64,000 nt of DNA from positions 1,696,001-1,760,000 of the forward strand of contig CAWKMU010000003.1 of NCBI GenBank assembly GCA_963850905.1. The letters are read 5' to 3'. Below are positions 49,286 through 58,851 of the stretch, piece after piece; within the stretch, counting starts at the first letter, position 1; each line of letters opens with the position of its first letter. Position numbers and translations under genes: made by a program. The notes beneath the pieces are model-generated. The model had not been told where the DNA came from and did no database searches. It worked only from the letters and a program-made list of their open reading frames with translations. The stretch comes from an uncultured Gemmatimonadales bacterium (GTDB taxonomy: Bacteria > Gemmatimonadota > Gemmatimonadetes > Gemmatimonadales > Gemmatimonadaceae).

Positions 49286-50183
49286 TATCCGCCTGAGCAT
49301 CGTGGCCGCGCAGGCCATCTGCGCTGGATTGGTTGCAGTCGACCAACTGTCCAAGACCTGGCGGGTGCAAGCGCTTGCCCGCGGCCTTGGCTATCGGACG
49401 GCGTTCGCCCGAGTGTTCGCCTTCAATGTGACAAGCGACGCCTCGGCGTCGTTGACGCCACTCCGCGCCGGCGGCGAGCCCGTTCGGTTTGCGGGCATTC
49501 TCTACTGCGGGCTGTCCGTCCCGGACACGCTCGCGTTGATGGGCGTCGAAGGGATGCTGGAGTACACGACCGTCCTCGCGATCGCTGCCTACATCAGCTC
49601 GGCCTACCTGGGAGTGTGGTGGGCGATCACGCGCGCCCGTCTCGTGCCGGCCATGCACCGCGCGCTGCCGTGGATCGCGGCGACCGTCGTGGGCGGTCTC
49701 GCGCTGTTGGCACTCATGCACCGCATGGCGCCGGAGCGCTTCAGGAGTGTCGGCGGGACATTTCGGACAACCCTCCGCAGCGCCCGGCGGATCAAGCCGT
49801 GGACGATTGCCGTGTCGCTCCCGCTCACGGCGCTTCACGTCGTCGCACGCCTCGCGGTGCTCCCGGTGCTCGTGCTGGCGTTACCAGCCGTACCGCACTT
49901 GGGCGCGGTGTGGTTCGGGTCGTTTGCTCTGCTGTATGGGCAAATGTTCGTACCCACACCGGCCGGCGCCGGCGCGGTCGATGTCGGCTTCTTGAACGGC
50001 GCGTCGGGCTACGTCGGTGCGGATACCACGGAACTTCTCATCGTATGGCGGTTTTACACGACAGTGACCGGCATCATCCTAGGCCTGGTATTCGGCGTGC
50101 CCTACTATGGCGATGCGGTGCGACGCTGGCTCTTACGACGCCGAACGGAGCGGGACACATTGCAGCATGACCCACGGCGCTGA
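49278..50183 (+). CDS. Lysylphosphatidylglycerol-synthase TM domain (UPF0104 flippase-like) protein
   Basis: TPLRAGGEP, PTPAGAG, WRFYT; multiple TM helices. Confidence 0.85.
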   Translation: MRDIRLSIVAAQAICAGLVAVDQLSKTWRVQALARGLGYRTAFARVFAFNVTSDASASLTPLRAGGEPVRFAGILYCGLSVPDTLALMGVEGMLEYTTVLAIAAYISSAYLGVWWAITRARLVPAMHRALPWIAATVVGGLALLALMHRMAPERFRSVGGTFRTTLRSARRIKPWTIAVSLPLTALHVVARLAVLPVLVLALPAVPHLGAVWFGSFALLYGQMFVPTPAGAGAVDVGFLNGASGYVGADTTELLIVWRFYTTVTGIILGLVFGVPYYGDAVRRWLLRRRTERDTLQHDPRR

Positions 50184-50218
50184 GGTGTCGGTGACGAGCG
50201 GACGATTCGGGTTGCGCT

Positions 50219-51520
50219 GTGTGGCACCCGGTTGGATGCCCGGGAACCCATAGTCGCGTGACGAGCAGAGGCGCGGCATCGCTGATCACGCGCGACGTGA
50301 TCCCCGAAGGGATTGGCCACGGCGATGGAATCCGCCTGGCTGACGCCACTCCACTGCGGCTCGCGCTCTTCACAGATACGTATCCGCCGCAACTGAACGG
50401 CGTCTCTCGCACGCTCGAGCGGCTGGTGCGTGCGGTCAACGCGCGCGGTGGCACCGCACGGGTCTACACCACGACTGACCCGGGCATGCAGCCTGGCGAA
50501 CGGGACGATGGGCTCTGGCGTCGGCCGAGCATTCCGTTCTGGGCGTATCCGCAACTGAGAATCACGGCGCCGATTCTCGGCAGGGCGTACCGAGATCTGG
50601 GTCGCTGGCAGCCGACGCTGATCCACGCCGCCACGCCGTTCGGCATGGGCCTCGCCGGCCGGAGCTGTGCGCGCGCCCTTGGTGTGCCACTCGTGACCTC
50701 GTATCACACGAGCTTCAACGAGTACGCGAAGTTCTATCATCTCGGTGCGCTCAGCAAACCCGGCTGGGCCTTCATTCGATGGTTCCACAATGGCGGCGAG
50801 CGAACGTACGTGCCGACTCGCGCGGTGCTCGAGGAGTTGCGTTCGCTCGGCTTCGAGCGCTTGGCGCTCTGGGGCCGGGGAGTGGAACCGCATCGCTTCA
50901 ATCCAGACTTTCGGTCGCTGGCCTGGCGGGCTCGCCTCGGTGCGGACGACGACACCGTGGTCGTCGCGTATGTCGGACGGCTTGCGGCCGAGAAGGGTCT
51001 GGACACCGCGGTCGCCGCGATGCACCGAGTGTCGGCCGGCCCATTCGGCTCCGCCGTGCGGGGCGGGCGGCGCGTCGTGTTTGCCCTCGCTGGTGATGGC
51101 CCCTACGCCGCACATTGTCGGCGTGTCGCGCCGCCGCCTCCAACCACGCAATTCGTGGGGCGTCTCGAAGGGCGTGCGCTCAGCGAGTTCTACGCGTCGG
51201 CTGATCTCTTCGTGTTTCCGTCTGCCACCGACACCTTCGGCAACGTGCTCCTCGAAGCCATGGCGTCGGGTGTGCCGGTCATTGGCGCCGACGCCGGCCC
51301 CACGCGCGAGATCCTCGCGCACGGCGGTGGCATCACGGTGCCTCGCGGTGATCCAGAGGCGCTCGCCGCAGCCATCGAGACGCTCGCCGCCGATCCCGCA
51401 GGGCGCGTTGCGATCGGCGCTGCCGGCGTCGCATACGCCGCTTCACGCTCCTGGGATCGGATATTTGATGATTTGCTGGCCGATTATCGGCGCGTGATCG
51501 GATCGCGGGTGAGCAGCTGA
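50219..51520 (+). CDS. GT4 glycosyltransferase (diacylglycerol glycosyltransferase-like); start may be 50297
   Basis: FTDTYPPQLNGV, TSYHT, WGRGV, YVGRLAAEK, DTFGNVLLEAMASG. Confidence 0.92.
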   Translation: MWHPVGCPGTHSRVTSRGAASLITRDVIPEGIGHGDGIRLADATPLRLALFTDTYPPQLNGVSRTLERLVRAVNARGGTARVYTTTDPGMQPGERDDGLWRRPSIPFWAYPQLRITAPILGRAYRDLGRWQPTLIHAATPFGMGLAGRSCARALGVPLVTSYHTSFNEYAKFYHLGALSKPGWAFIRWFHNGGERTYVPTRAVLEELRSLGFERLALWGRGVEPHRFNPDFRSLAWRARLGADDDTVVVAYVGRLAAEKGLDTAVAAMHRVSAGPFGSAVRGGRRVVFALAGDGPYAAHCRRVAPPPPTTQFVGRLEGRALSEFYASADLFVFPSATDTFGNVLLEAMASGVPVIGADAGPTREILAHGGGITVPRGDPEALAAAIETLAADPAGRVAIGAAGVAYAASRSWDRIFDDLLADYRRVIGSRVSS

Positions 51521-51530
51521 ACGGCGCGAC

Positions 51531-51957
51531 TCACTCCTCGGGCGCAGCGCGTCGCATGCGCTTCTTCGCCGACAATCTCCGCTTTGCCTCGAATGCGCTG
51601 ACGTTTCGACGCAGCGGTGGGGCGCGTCGGTCGGCGGCGCGCGCGCACGATGAGTGCGCGCGCCACGACTGAAGCGAGTCGGGCGGCTGCCGCGTCGCGG
51701 TTTTGACGTTGACTGCGCGAGTCGGCTGCGACCACGCGCAGATTCCCCTCACCATCGACGCGGCCGCTCAACCGAGCCATCACGTGATCGCGCCGTTCCG
51801 GGTCGAGCGCGGTCGTGCGCGCGAGGTTCCAGACGATCTCGACGCGGGTCGCCGACGTATTGACATGTTGACCACCAGGGCCGCCGGAGCGCGTTGCGCG
51901 CACGATGAGCTCGCGACCGGGAATCGTCAACGATGCGTTGACGGGCACGTCGTGCAT
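51531..51957 (-). CDS. arfB: Alternative ribosome rescue factor ArfB; +1 frameshift at ~51592 in the basic tail
   Basis: RSGGPGGQHVN, RSQRQNR, RRPTRPT; removing one base gives the tail EAKRRLSAKKRMRR. Confidence 0.9.
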
Positions 51958-52923
51958 CTAGGCTGACACCGTCGCTGGCGGCTGATGCGGCGTGAGCCCG
52001 GTCCGTGACCGCGCGCGATGCACGCGGAGCGCCGCGACCCGGCGCCCGTCGACGGCGATCACCTCGAGCTCGCCCGACGGGAACGCCACGCGATCACCCA
52101 CGCGAGGGGCGCGACCGAGCTTCGCGAACGCATATCCGCCGATCGTCGTCCAATCTCCCTCGGGGATGGAGAGATCGTGGTCGGATCGCACGTCGATGAC
52201 TGACAATGTGCCCGCGAGCTCCAGCACGCCATCGGATTCGAGCAATGTGCGGGTCGCCGGGTCATACTCATCCGCGATGTCTCCAATCACCTGCTCGACC
52301 AGATCCTCCATCGTCACGATGCCGGCGGTCCCGCCGTACTCGTCGAGCACGATGGCCATCTGCGCTCGCGTGCGACGGAGGTCGTCGAGCACGAGCTCGG
52401 CGCGGCGAGTGGCCGGCACGTAGAGTGGCTCGCGAGTGTACCGTTGAATCGAGAAGGGCGTCCCCGGCTGATGGAGCAGCAGGTCCTTGGCGAGGAAAAT
52501 TCCCACGACGTCGTCGAGGCCCTCACGATAGACCGGGTATCGGGAATACCGTTCGCTGCAGAGCGCGGCACGCACCTCGGTCTCAGTCGCATCGATTGGC
52601 AGGGCGACGATCTCGGTCCGCGGACGCATGACGTCGTGAGCGCGCTTGTCGTGGAACTCAAAGACACCACTCAGCATAGAGGCTTCGCGGGCGTCGAGCG
52701 AGCCTCCGGCGCGGGCCTGCAGCACGAGAACCCGTAACTCGTCCAGGGTGAGCGACCGGACCCATCGGGCCGCCAGGACCGTCCCGACCGGGTGTAACAG
52801 TCGACGGACCACGCGGCCCACCGTGCGACGCAGAGTGGTGACAGCGACGACGATCAGGGCAACAAACCGCGTCGTTGTCCGGCGCGCAATTGACTGAAGC
52901 GACTGCAGTTGGGACTTGCGCAT
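51958..52923 (-). CDS. CBS-pair / CorC-HlyC transporter-associated protein (little or no CNNM TM domain)
   Basis: VMRPRTEI, YSRYPVY, DEYGGTAGIVTMED, TIGGY. Confidence 0.9.
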   Translation of the reverse strand: MRKSQLQSLQSIARRTTTRFVALIVVAVTTLRRTVGRVVRRLLHPVGTVLAARWVRSLTLDELRVLVLQARAGGSLDAREASMLSGVFEFHDKRAHDVMRPRTEIVALPIDATETEVRAALCSERYSRYPVYREGLDDVVGIFLAKDLLLHQPGTPFSIQRYTREPLYVPATRRAELVLDDLRRTRAQMAIVLDEYGGTAGIVTMEDLVEQVIGDIADEYDPATRTLLESDGVLELAGTLSVIDVRSDHDLSIPEGDWTTIGGYAFAKLGRAPRVGDRVAFPSGELEVIAVDGRRVAALRVHRARSRTGLTPHQPPATVSA

Positions 52924-52978
52924 AGTGGTGGCGCGCGGAAACCGTTTCGCGCGCAACTCGTCTGAATGATACACCATA

Positions 52979-54946
52979 ATGGCTGACGGCGCGCCCCTCT
53001 CGCTCCCTGACCGGCTCGATTCAGTACCGCCCCGTCCGCTAGCGGGGACCGCGGTGCTGCCCCCGGGTCGCCGACTGCAACAGGCGATGCTGGATCCGCG
53101 CCGGATCATTCGTTGGGTCTACGTCGGGCGCTTCTCTGTAGCGACGGCCATCTTCCTCGCCGCGCAACTGGTGTGGGCCAGCGCGCCCTCCACCGACACC
53201 CGGATTGCGTCGCTCATCTTCGCGGTGACAATGGTCGTGACCGTCATCTCGGCAGCATACACCGAGGTGTACGGTGCGCCACCCCGTCGAACCTTTCTCT
53301 ACGGTCAGACCGTCTACGACCTCCTGCTCGTCACCGCGGTCGTGCACGTCACTGGCGGTGGTGCGTCGCAGTTCACGCTGTTCTACATCCTCGTCATTGC
53401 GACGGCCGCGCTCCTGCTGCCGATGGGCGGCGGGCTACTCATCGCGCTCCTGGGGATCGTGTGTTACTTCGCCGAGGTCTTGTGGTTGAGTGACACCGCT
53501 CCCGATCTCGGCGTGTGGTTGCAACTGCTGGTGTTCGCGATGGTTGCGCTCGCCTGTGGCTACATCAGCGCGCGACTGCAGGAAGCCGAGGAAGGGACCG
53601 CCGCTGAGTTGGTATTCGTTCGACTCCAGGCCGAAGACATTCTCCGGAACATTCGCAGCGGCATCGTCACGATCGACGAAAACGGGGTGCTCCTGTACGC
53701 CAATCCGGCCGCGAGCGCTCTGCTCGGCATCCCCTTCTCCGATCTCATCGGGACGCCGATCCTGAATCGGGTGTTTGAAGTCGCACCCATCGTCGCCCGT
53801 GCGCTCCAGCGGGCCGTCACGGACCGACTACGCACGACACGGGCAGAGGACGTCGTGCAGTTCGGCGACCACGCGTTCCCGATCGGCGTCACGACCACGT
53901 TCGCTGATGGCGACACCGGCGGCCACGGTCGTACGGCTACCGCCATCTTCCAGGACATCGCAGGCCAGAAGCGCCTGGAGAGTCTGCATCTCCGGGCGGG
54001 CCGCCTGGAAGCGATCGCGGAGCTCGGCGCCTCGCTCGCCCACGAGATCAAGAACCCCCTCGCGTCGATTCGCAGCGCCGTCGAGCAACTCACGCGCATG
54101 ATCGAGCCGACCACCGGTCCGCTCGCGGGGCGCGGCCGCGAGACGGGTGACGCGCCGGCCCGTGGCCGGTCGGCGGGCCTGAACCGCACACGCGGGATGG
54201 GTGTCGGGAGACACCAGTCATCGCTGTCGCGCCGACGTCGGGTGAGCGCTTCCGTCGCGGCGCGCGATCCAAAGGAGGAGGCGGCCGCATCGACGGGCGC
54301 CGACGACGACACGCGCACGCTTGGAGCGCTGATTGTACGCGAAACGGACCGGCTGTCGCGTCTGCTCAGCGAGTTCCTCGACTTCGCGCGTGTGCGCGTC
54401 ACCCGGACGTCACCGGTCAACGTGTCGGCGCTGGCCCGCGGCGCGGCGAGCCTGGTCGCGGCCCATCCCAATGTCAAACAGGGCCTGCGGGTGAACTGTG
54501 TCACACCGGAGGGCCCAGTCGTCATCGACGGCGATGAGGACCTTCTTCACCGAGCAGTTTTCAATCTCGCGCTCAATGCGGTGCAGGCCGCGCCGCAGGG
54601 CGGAGAAGTGTGCATCGAAGTGCAGACCTTGACAGTGGATCAGGTACCGATGGGCGTCAACGACGCGGCGTTCGAGGCGGGCGCGATCGCTCTTCGCGTG
54701 TCCGATGACGGGCCGGGCATTCCCCTGGAGATTCGTGATCGGCTGTTCGAGCCATTTGCCACCACGAAGCCGGGCGGGACCGGTCTGGGGTTGTCGGTCG
54801 TCTATCGCGCCATCGAAGCGCATCGCGGGTTGGTGCTGGTCGACTCCGGTGGCGACTTCACGGGGACGCGCATCACTGTCCTGATCCCGCTCCGCCGGCC
54901 AGACGACACGACCGCGACGGCAGGCAGCGCGGAGGCCGCCGCATGA
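52979..54946 (+). CDS. pilS: PilS-like sensor histidine kinase
   Basis: About 6 TM helices (VHVTGG..S.F), PAS domain, AHEIKNPL, NLALNA, DDGPG, GTGLGL. Confidence 0.88.
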   Translation: MADGAPLSLPDRLDSVPPRPLAGTAVLPPGRRLQQAMLDPRRIIRWVYVGRFSVATAIFLAAQLVWASAPSTDTRIASLIFAVTMVVTVISAAYTEVYGAPPRRTFLYGQTVYDLLLVTAVVHVTGGGASQFTLFYILVIATAALLLPMGGGLLIALLGIVCYFAEVLWLSDTAPDLGVWLQLLVFAMVALACGYISARLQEAEEGTAAELVFVRLQAEDILRNIRSGIVTIDENGVLLYANPAASALLGIPFSDLIGTPILNRVFEVAPIVARALQRAVTDRLRTTRAEDVVQFGDHAFPIGVTTTFADGDTGGHGRTATAIFQDIAGQKRLESLHLRAGRLEAIAELGASLAHEIKNPLASIRSAVEQLTRMIEPTTGPLAGRGRETGDAPARGRSAGLNRTRGMGVGRHQSSLSRRRRVSASVAARDPKEEAAASTGADDDTRTLGALIVRETDRLSRLLSEFLDFARVRVTRTSPVNVSALARGAASLVAAHPNVKQGLRVNCVTPEGPVVIDGDEDLLHRAVFNLALNAVQAAPQGGEVCIEVQTLTVDQVPMGVNDAAFEAGAIALRVSDDGPGIPLEIRDRLFEPFATTKPGGTGLGLSVVYRAIEAHRGLVLVDSGGDFTGTRITVLIPLRRPDDTTATAGSAEAAA

Positions 54947-56316
54947 GCGCCAACGGCCAGCCGACCGTGCTTGTCATCGACGACGAGATGGGCATTCTCG
55001 AGTCGCTCCGGATCCTCCTCAAGAACGAGGGATTCAGTCCCACGATCGCCAACGGTGGGAAGCAGGGGCTCGAGCAGATCGAAGAGCTTCGGCCGGATAT
55101 CATCTTGAGTGATGTCCGGATGCCTTCGGTGAGCGGCGTGCAGGTCCTGAGCGCCGCGCGAGCGCAAGATCCCGACGTGCCGGTCATCCTCATGACGGCG
55201 CAAGCGACCCTGCAGTCGGCAATGCAGGCGGTCAACGAAGGGGCGTTCTACTACATCCAAAAGCCGTTCCGCAACGATGAGATGCTCGCCATTCTCCGAC
55301 GGGCAGCCGAGCATCGAAAACTGCGTGTCGAGAACCGGTCCCTGCGACAGGAGATCACTCGACGGGAACGGACATCGTCCAATCGGCCTGTCGGGAGCAG
55401 CAAGTCCTGGCTCGACATCGTCCAGCTCGCGGAGACGGTTGCGCCGACCGAGTCCACCATCCTGATCCAGGGCGAGTCGGGCACCGGGAAAGAGGTCATT
55501 GCGAGGTACATCCACCAGTTGTCGCTGCGCACGGATGGTCCGTTTCTCTCCATCAACTGCGGCGCGCTCCCTGAGAGCCTGCTCGAGTCCGAGCTCTTCG
55601 GCCACGTGAAGGGCTCGTTCACCGGCGCGGTCAGGGACAAGAGCGGATTGTTCACCGCGGCGGCGGGCGGCACGTTCTTCCTGGACGAAATCGGCGAGAC
55701 CACACCGGCGACCCAGGTGAAGCTGCTGCGCGTCCTCCAACACCGTGAGGTCATTCCGGTCGGGGCGACAGAAGCCATCCCGATCGACACGCGCCTCGTC
55801 GCGGCGACGAATCGTGATCTCGAGGAAGAGATCAAACGGGGCGCGTTCCGCAGCGACCTGTTCTATCGACTCAACGTCATCGCGCTGCACCTGCCGCCGC
55901 TGCGCGAGCGACGCGATGACATCCCGCTGCTCGTCGATTTGTTCCTGCACCGGGCGTCGGAAGCTCGGGGCGAGCCGGCGAAGCAGGTCAGCACAGCGGC
56001 GCTCGATGTGCTACAGGGCTTCAACTGGCCAGGCAACGTGCGAGAGCTCGAGAATGCCCTCGAGCGCGCGGTGATTCTGACCGCTGGCCCGATCATCGAT
56101 GTCAACGTGCTACCGGAACGGATCACGGAGCGGCGCGCCGAGCCACTCGTCTCGGAGCGCATGCGGACGAATCCGACGCTCGAGGCAATCGAGCGGGCGT
56201 ACATTCTGTGGGTTCTCCAGAGCGAGGGCGGGAACAAGACCCGGGCGGCCGACGTGCTGGGTATCGACCCATCGACGCTGTATCGGAAACTGTCGCGGTT
56301 TGGGGTCGAGGCGTGA
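54943..56316 (+). CDS. pilR: Sigma-54-dependent response regulator (PilR-like)
   Basis: REC domain, GESGTGKE, GSFTGA, WPGNVRELEN, Fis-type HTH. Confidence 0.88.
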   Translation: MSANGQPTVLVIDDEMGILESLRILLKNEGFSPTIANGGKQGLEQIEELRPDIILSDVRMPSVSGVQVLSAARAQDPDVPVILMTAQATLQSAMQAVNEGAFYYIQKPFRNDEMLAILRRAAEHRKLRVENRSLRQEITRRERTSSNRPVGSSKSWLDIVQLAETVAPTESTILIQGESGTGKEVIARYIHQLSLRTDGPFLSINCGALPESLLESELFGHVKGSFTGAVRDKSGLFTAAAGGTFFLDEIGETTPATQVKLLRVLQHREVIPVGATEAIPIDTRLVAATNRDLEEEIKRGAFRSDLFYRLNVIALHLPPLRERRDDIPLLVDLFLHRASEARGEPAKQVSTAALDVLQGFNWPGNVRELENALERAVILTAGPIIDVNVLPERITERRAEPLVSERMRTNPTLEAIERAYILWVLQSEGGNKTRAADVLGIDPSTLYRKLSRFGVEA

Positions 56317-57953
56317 CACGTCGGGCGACGCCTACGTCGCCCCTACACGCCGTTCCCCGATCGCGGCTCGGCGTGCCGCGGTCATGGGCGGCCGCTGCGC
56401 TCGTCGGCGCCGTGACACTGGCAGTCGCACTGTCGACCGTCAGCCCCTATCTGGTCGGCGCATTTCAGGATGATGCGATCTACGTGATTCTGGGCCGCGC
56501 ACTCGCGACCGGCGCGGGCTACCGCTATGTGCACCTGCCCGGCGCGCCGCCGGCCGTGCACTACCCTCCCGGCTATCCCGTGTTCTTATCCCTGCTGTGG
56601 CGGGTCGCGCCCAACTTTCCCGACAACGTCGTGACCTTCGAGCGCGCCGATGCGGTGCTGCTCGCGGTGGCGGCGGTCCTGGGGTTCGAGTTGGCCAAGC
56701 GCCGCGCCGGGCTCTCGACCATGTGGAGTGCCGTCGTCGCACTCGCTGGCACGATCAGCATCCTCCCGCTCGCGTTCGCATCGATGGTGCTGTCCGAATC
56801 GCTCTTCCTGGTCGTGTTGCTCGCTGCCCTCCTGGCCGCAGAGGCGATCGCCGCCCGTCCAGCAGAAGATGCGGTTCCGTCTCCCTCCTCCTCTCTCGTC
56901 TCTCCTCTCTACGCACGCGCAGCGGCCGTCGGGTTGCTCTGCGGATCCGTCGCGCTCGTCCGCAGTATCGGCATCATGATCGTGCCAGCCGCTCTCGCCG
57001 TGTGTGCATGGCGCGGTCGATGGAAATCGGCCGCGGCGCTCGCCCTTGGTGCGGCGGTGGTGCTCGTCCCGTGGCAGGTGTGGGTGTGGTCACACACGCG
57101 TGAGCTCGCGCCGATGCTCCAGGGTGAATACGGGCCGTACGCGACGTGGGTGACGGCGGCTCTGCACCGCCGCGGCCTCGGCTTTGCAATGCGCACGGTC
57201 ACGGGTAATTCGCTGGACGCCGCACAGACACTGGGCGCCATAGTCGCGACACGCTTGCCCAACCCGATTCGGTGGGCAGCGGTCGTGACGTGGTTGGCAT
57301 TGCTGGCTGCTGGGATGGGATGGCTGGTCCGGCGGACGACCGTAACAGTGATCTTTTGCCTACTGTACGTCGGGGCCGTTTTGCTGTGGCCGTTTCCTCC
57401 TCACCGGTTCATCTCAGCCATCTGGCTCCTTATCATGATGGCACTGGTAGCAGGTGTCGTGGCGGTCGCGCAGTGGCGGCCGGAGCTCCCGCTCAGCCGC
57501 TGTATGCGCACGGTCGCCCTGGCGCTCGTCGTCTTGCTCGGTGTGGGCACCCTGAGATACAACATCATTGGATACCGACACGGTTGGTGGGGACTGATGC
57601 GGGAGAGTCTGACGACACGCGTGGCACGACCGCTCGACTGGCTGGTGGCGCATCCGGCCCTCCCGGGGCCGACGATGAGCTCGGTCGAACCGTCTCTGTA
57701 CCTCTATGCTCACCGGTCAGGCCTGCCGTGTAGCCCGTTCACCGCCGACGATTACGTGTACCCGCGGGACACCGCGCAAGACCGCGCCACGCTGGCTGCC
57801 GCGTTGCGCCGCCACCGCGTGGGATCCATCATCGCGACCGATCCCGTGTGCGCCCTCGCGGCGTCTCGCTTGGCGGCCGAGCCGGCGCCGTTGCTCACGG
57901 CGGTCGACACATCTGCCGCCGGCCTGGCCGTTTTCGTTCGTACATCACAATGA
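56313..57953 (+). CDS. GT-C fold membrane glycosyltransferase-like protein
   Basis: QDDAIY after TM1, HYPPGYP, LSESLF; more than 10 TM helices; GTGA-coupled to pilR. Confidence 0.78.
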   Translation: MTRRATPTSPLHAVPRSRLGVPRSWAAAALVGAVTLAVALSTVSPYLVGAFQDDAIYVILGRALATGAGYRYVHLPGAPPAVHYPPGYPVFLSLLWRVAPNFPDNVVTFERADAVLLAVAAVLGFELAKRRAGLSTMWSAVVALAGTISILPLAFASMVLSESLFLVVLLAALLAAEAIAARPAEDAVPSPSSSLVSPLYARAAAVGLLCGSVALVRSIGIMIVPAALAVCAWRGRWKSAAALALGAAVVLVPWQVWVWSHTRELAPMLQGEYGPYATWVTAALHRRGLGFAMRTVTGNSLDAAQTLGAIVATRLPNPIRWAAVVTWLALLAAGMGWLVRRTTVTVIFCLLYVGAVLLWPFPPHRFISAIWLLIMMALVAGVVAVAQWRPELPLSRCMRTVALALVVLLGVGTLRYNIIGYRHGWWGLMRESLTTRVARPLDWLVAHPALPGPTMSSVEPSLYLYAHRSGLPCSPFTADDYVYPRDTAQDRATLAAALRRHRVGSIIATDPVCALAASRLAAEPAPLLTAVDTSAAGLAVFVRTSQ

Positions 57954-58771
57954 CCGACATACGCCAACCATCGACACCGACCGCCGGCGAGCCGACGATA
58001 GACGTCCGCGCGCCACTGGCGCACCGTGACTCCGGGGGCCGCATGCCGCGGCTTCGCGGGCGCACTCCACTCGCTCGTGACGAGCTCCGATTGTCCGTGC
58101 TCATCCCGGTGTACAATGAGCGCCAAACCATCGGGCTGATTCTCGATCAGGTCCACGCGGTGCCGGTGGCCAAGGAAGTGATTTGCGTCAACGATCACTC
58201 GACCGACGGGACAGCGGAGATCCTGGATCGTCTTGCCGCGGCCGGCAAGATCGACCGCCTCATCCATCACCCGGCAAACCGGGGGAAGGGAGCGGCCATC
58301 CGAACCGCACTCGCGGCCAGTACCGGCAATGTCGTTATCGTGCAGGACGCGGACCTGGAGTACGACCCCGCAGACTGGCCCGCTTTGCTCGAGCCGATCA
58401 TCGAAGGCCAAGCTGATGCGGTGTTTGGCTCCCGATTCCTCGGCGGTCCGCATCGCGTGCTGTACTTCTGGCACTCGATCGGGAATGGGGTGCTCACGAT
58501 GTTCAGCAACATGTTTACGAACCTGAACCTGACCGACATGGAGACGTGTTACAAAGCGGTTCGCGGCGAAATTGCGCGCGGACTGGCTCTCACGTCGGAT
58601 CGCTTCGGGTTCGAACCGGAGATCACGGCCCGGTTGGCCCGATCCGGCGCCCGCATCTTCGAGGTGCCCATCAGCTATTCGGGTCGCACCTACGCCGAGG
58701 GCAAGAAGATCGGTTGGCGGGACGGCCTCGCGGCCGTCTGGCACATCGTGAAGTTCAACGTGTTCGACTGA
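57950..58771 (+). CDS. GT2 polyprenol-phosphate glycosyltransferase (DPM1-like)
   Basis: LIPVYNE, NDHSTDGT, NRGKG, QDADLEYDP, TDMETCYK, FGFEPE. Confidence 0.92.
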   Translation: MTDIRQPSTPTAGEPTIDVRAPLAHRDSGGRMPRLRGRTPLARDELRLSVLIPVYNERQTIGLILDQVHAVPVAKEVICVNDHSTDGTAEILDRLAAAGKIDRLIHHPANRGKGAAIRTALAASTGNVVIVQDADLEYDPADWPALLEPIIEGQADAVFGSRFLGGPHRVLYFWHSIGNGVLTMFSNMFTNLNLTDMETCYKAVRGEIARGLALTSDRFGFEPEITARLARSGARIFEVPISYSGRTYAEGKKIGWRDGLAAVWHIVKFNVFD

Positions 58772-58787
58772 CGGGTGGCGTGACCTG

Positions 58788-58822
58788 CGTTGGGTGGCGC
58801 AGGGCGCCACCCAACGTGTTTC
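58788..58822 (+). terminator. 13-bp perfect hairpin followed by TGTTT; possible terminator or attenuator
   Basis: CGTTGGGTGGCGC-AGG-GCGCCACCCAACG. Confidence 0.5.
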
Positions 58823-58851
58823 GCGGGCCTCGCGACACGCGTCCCGATCGT

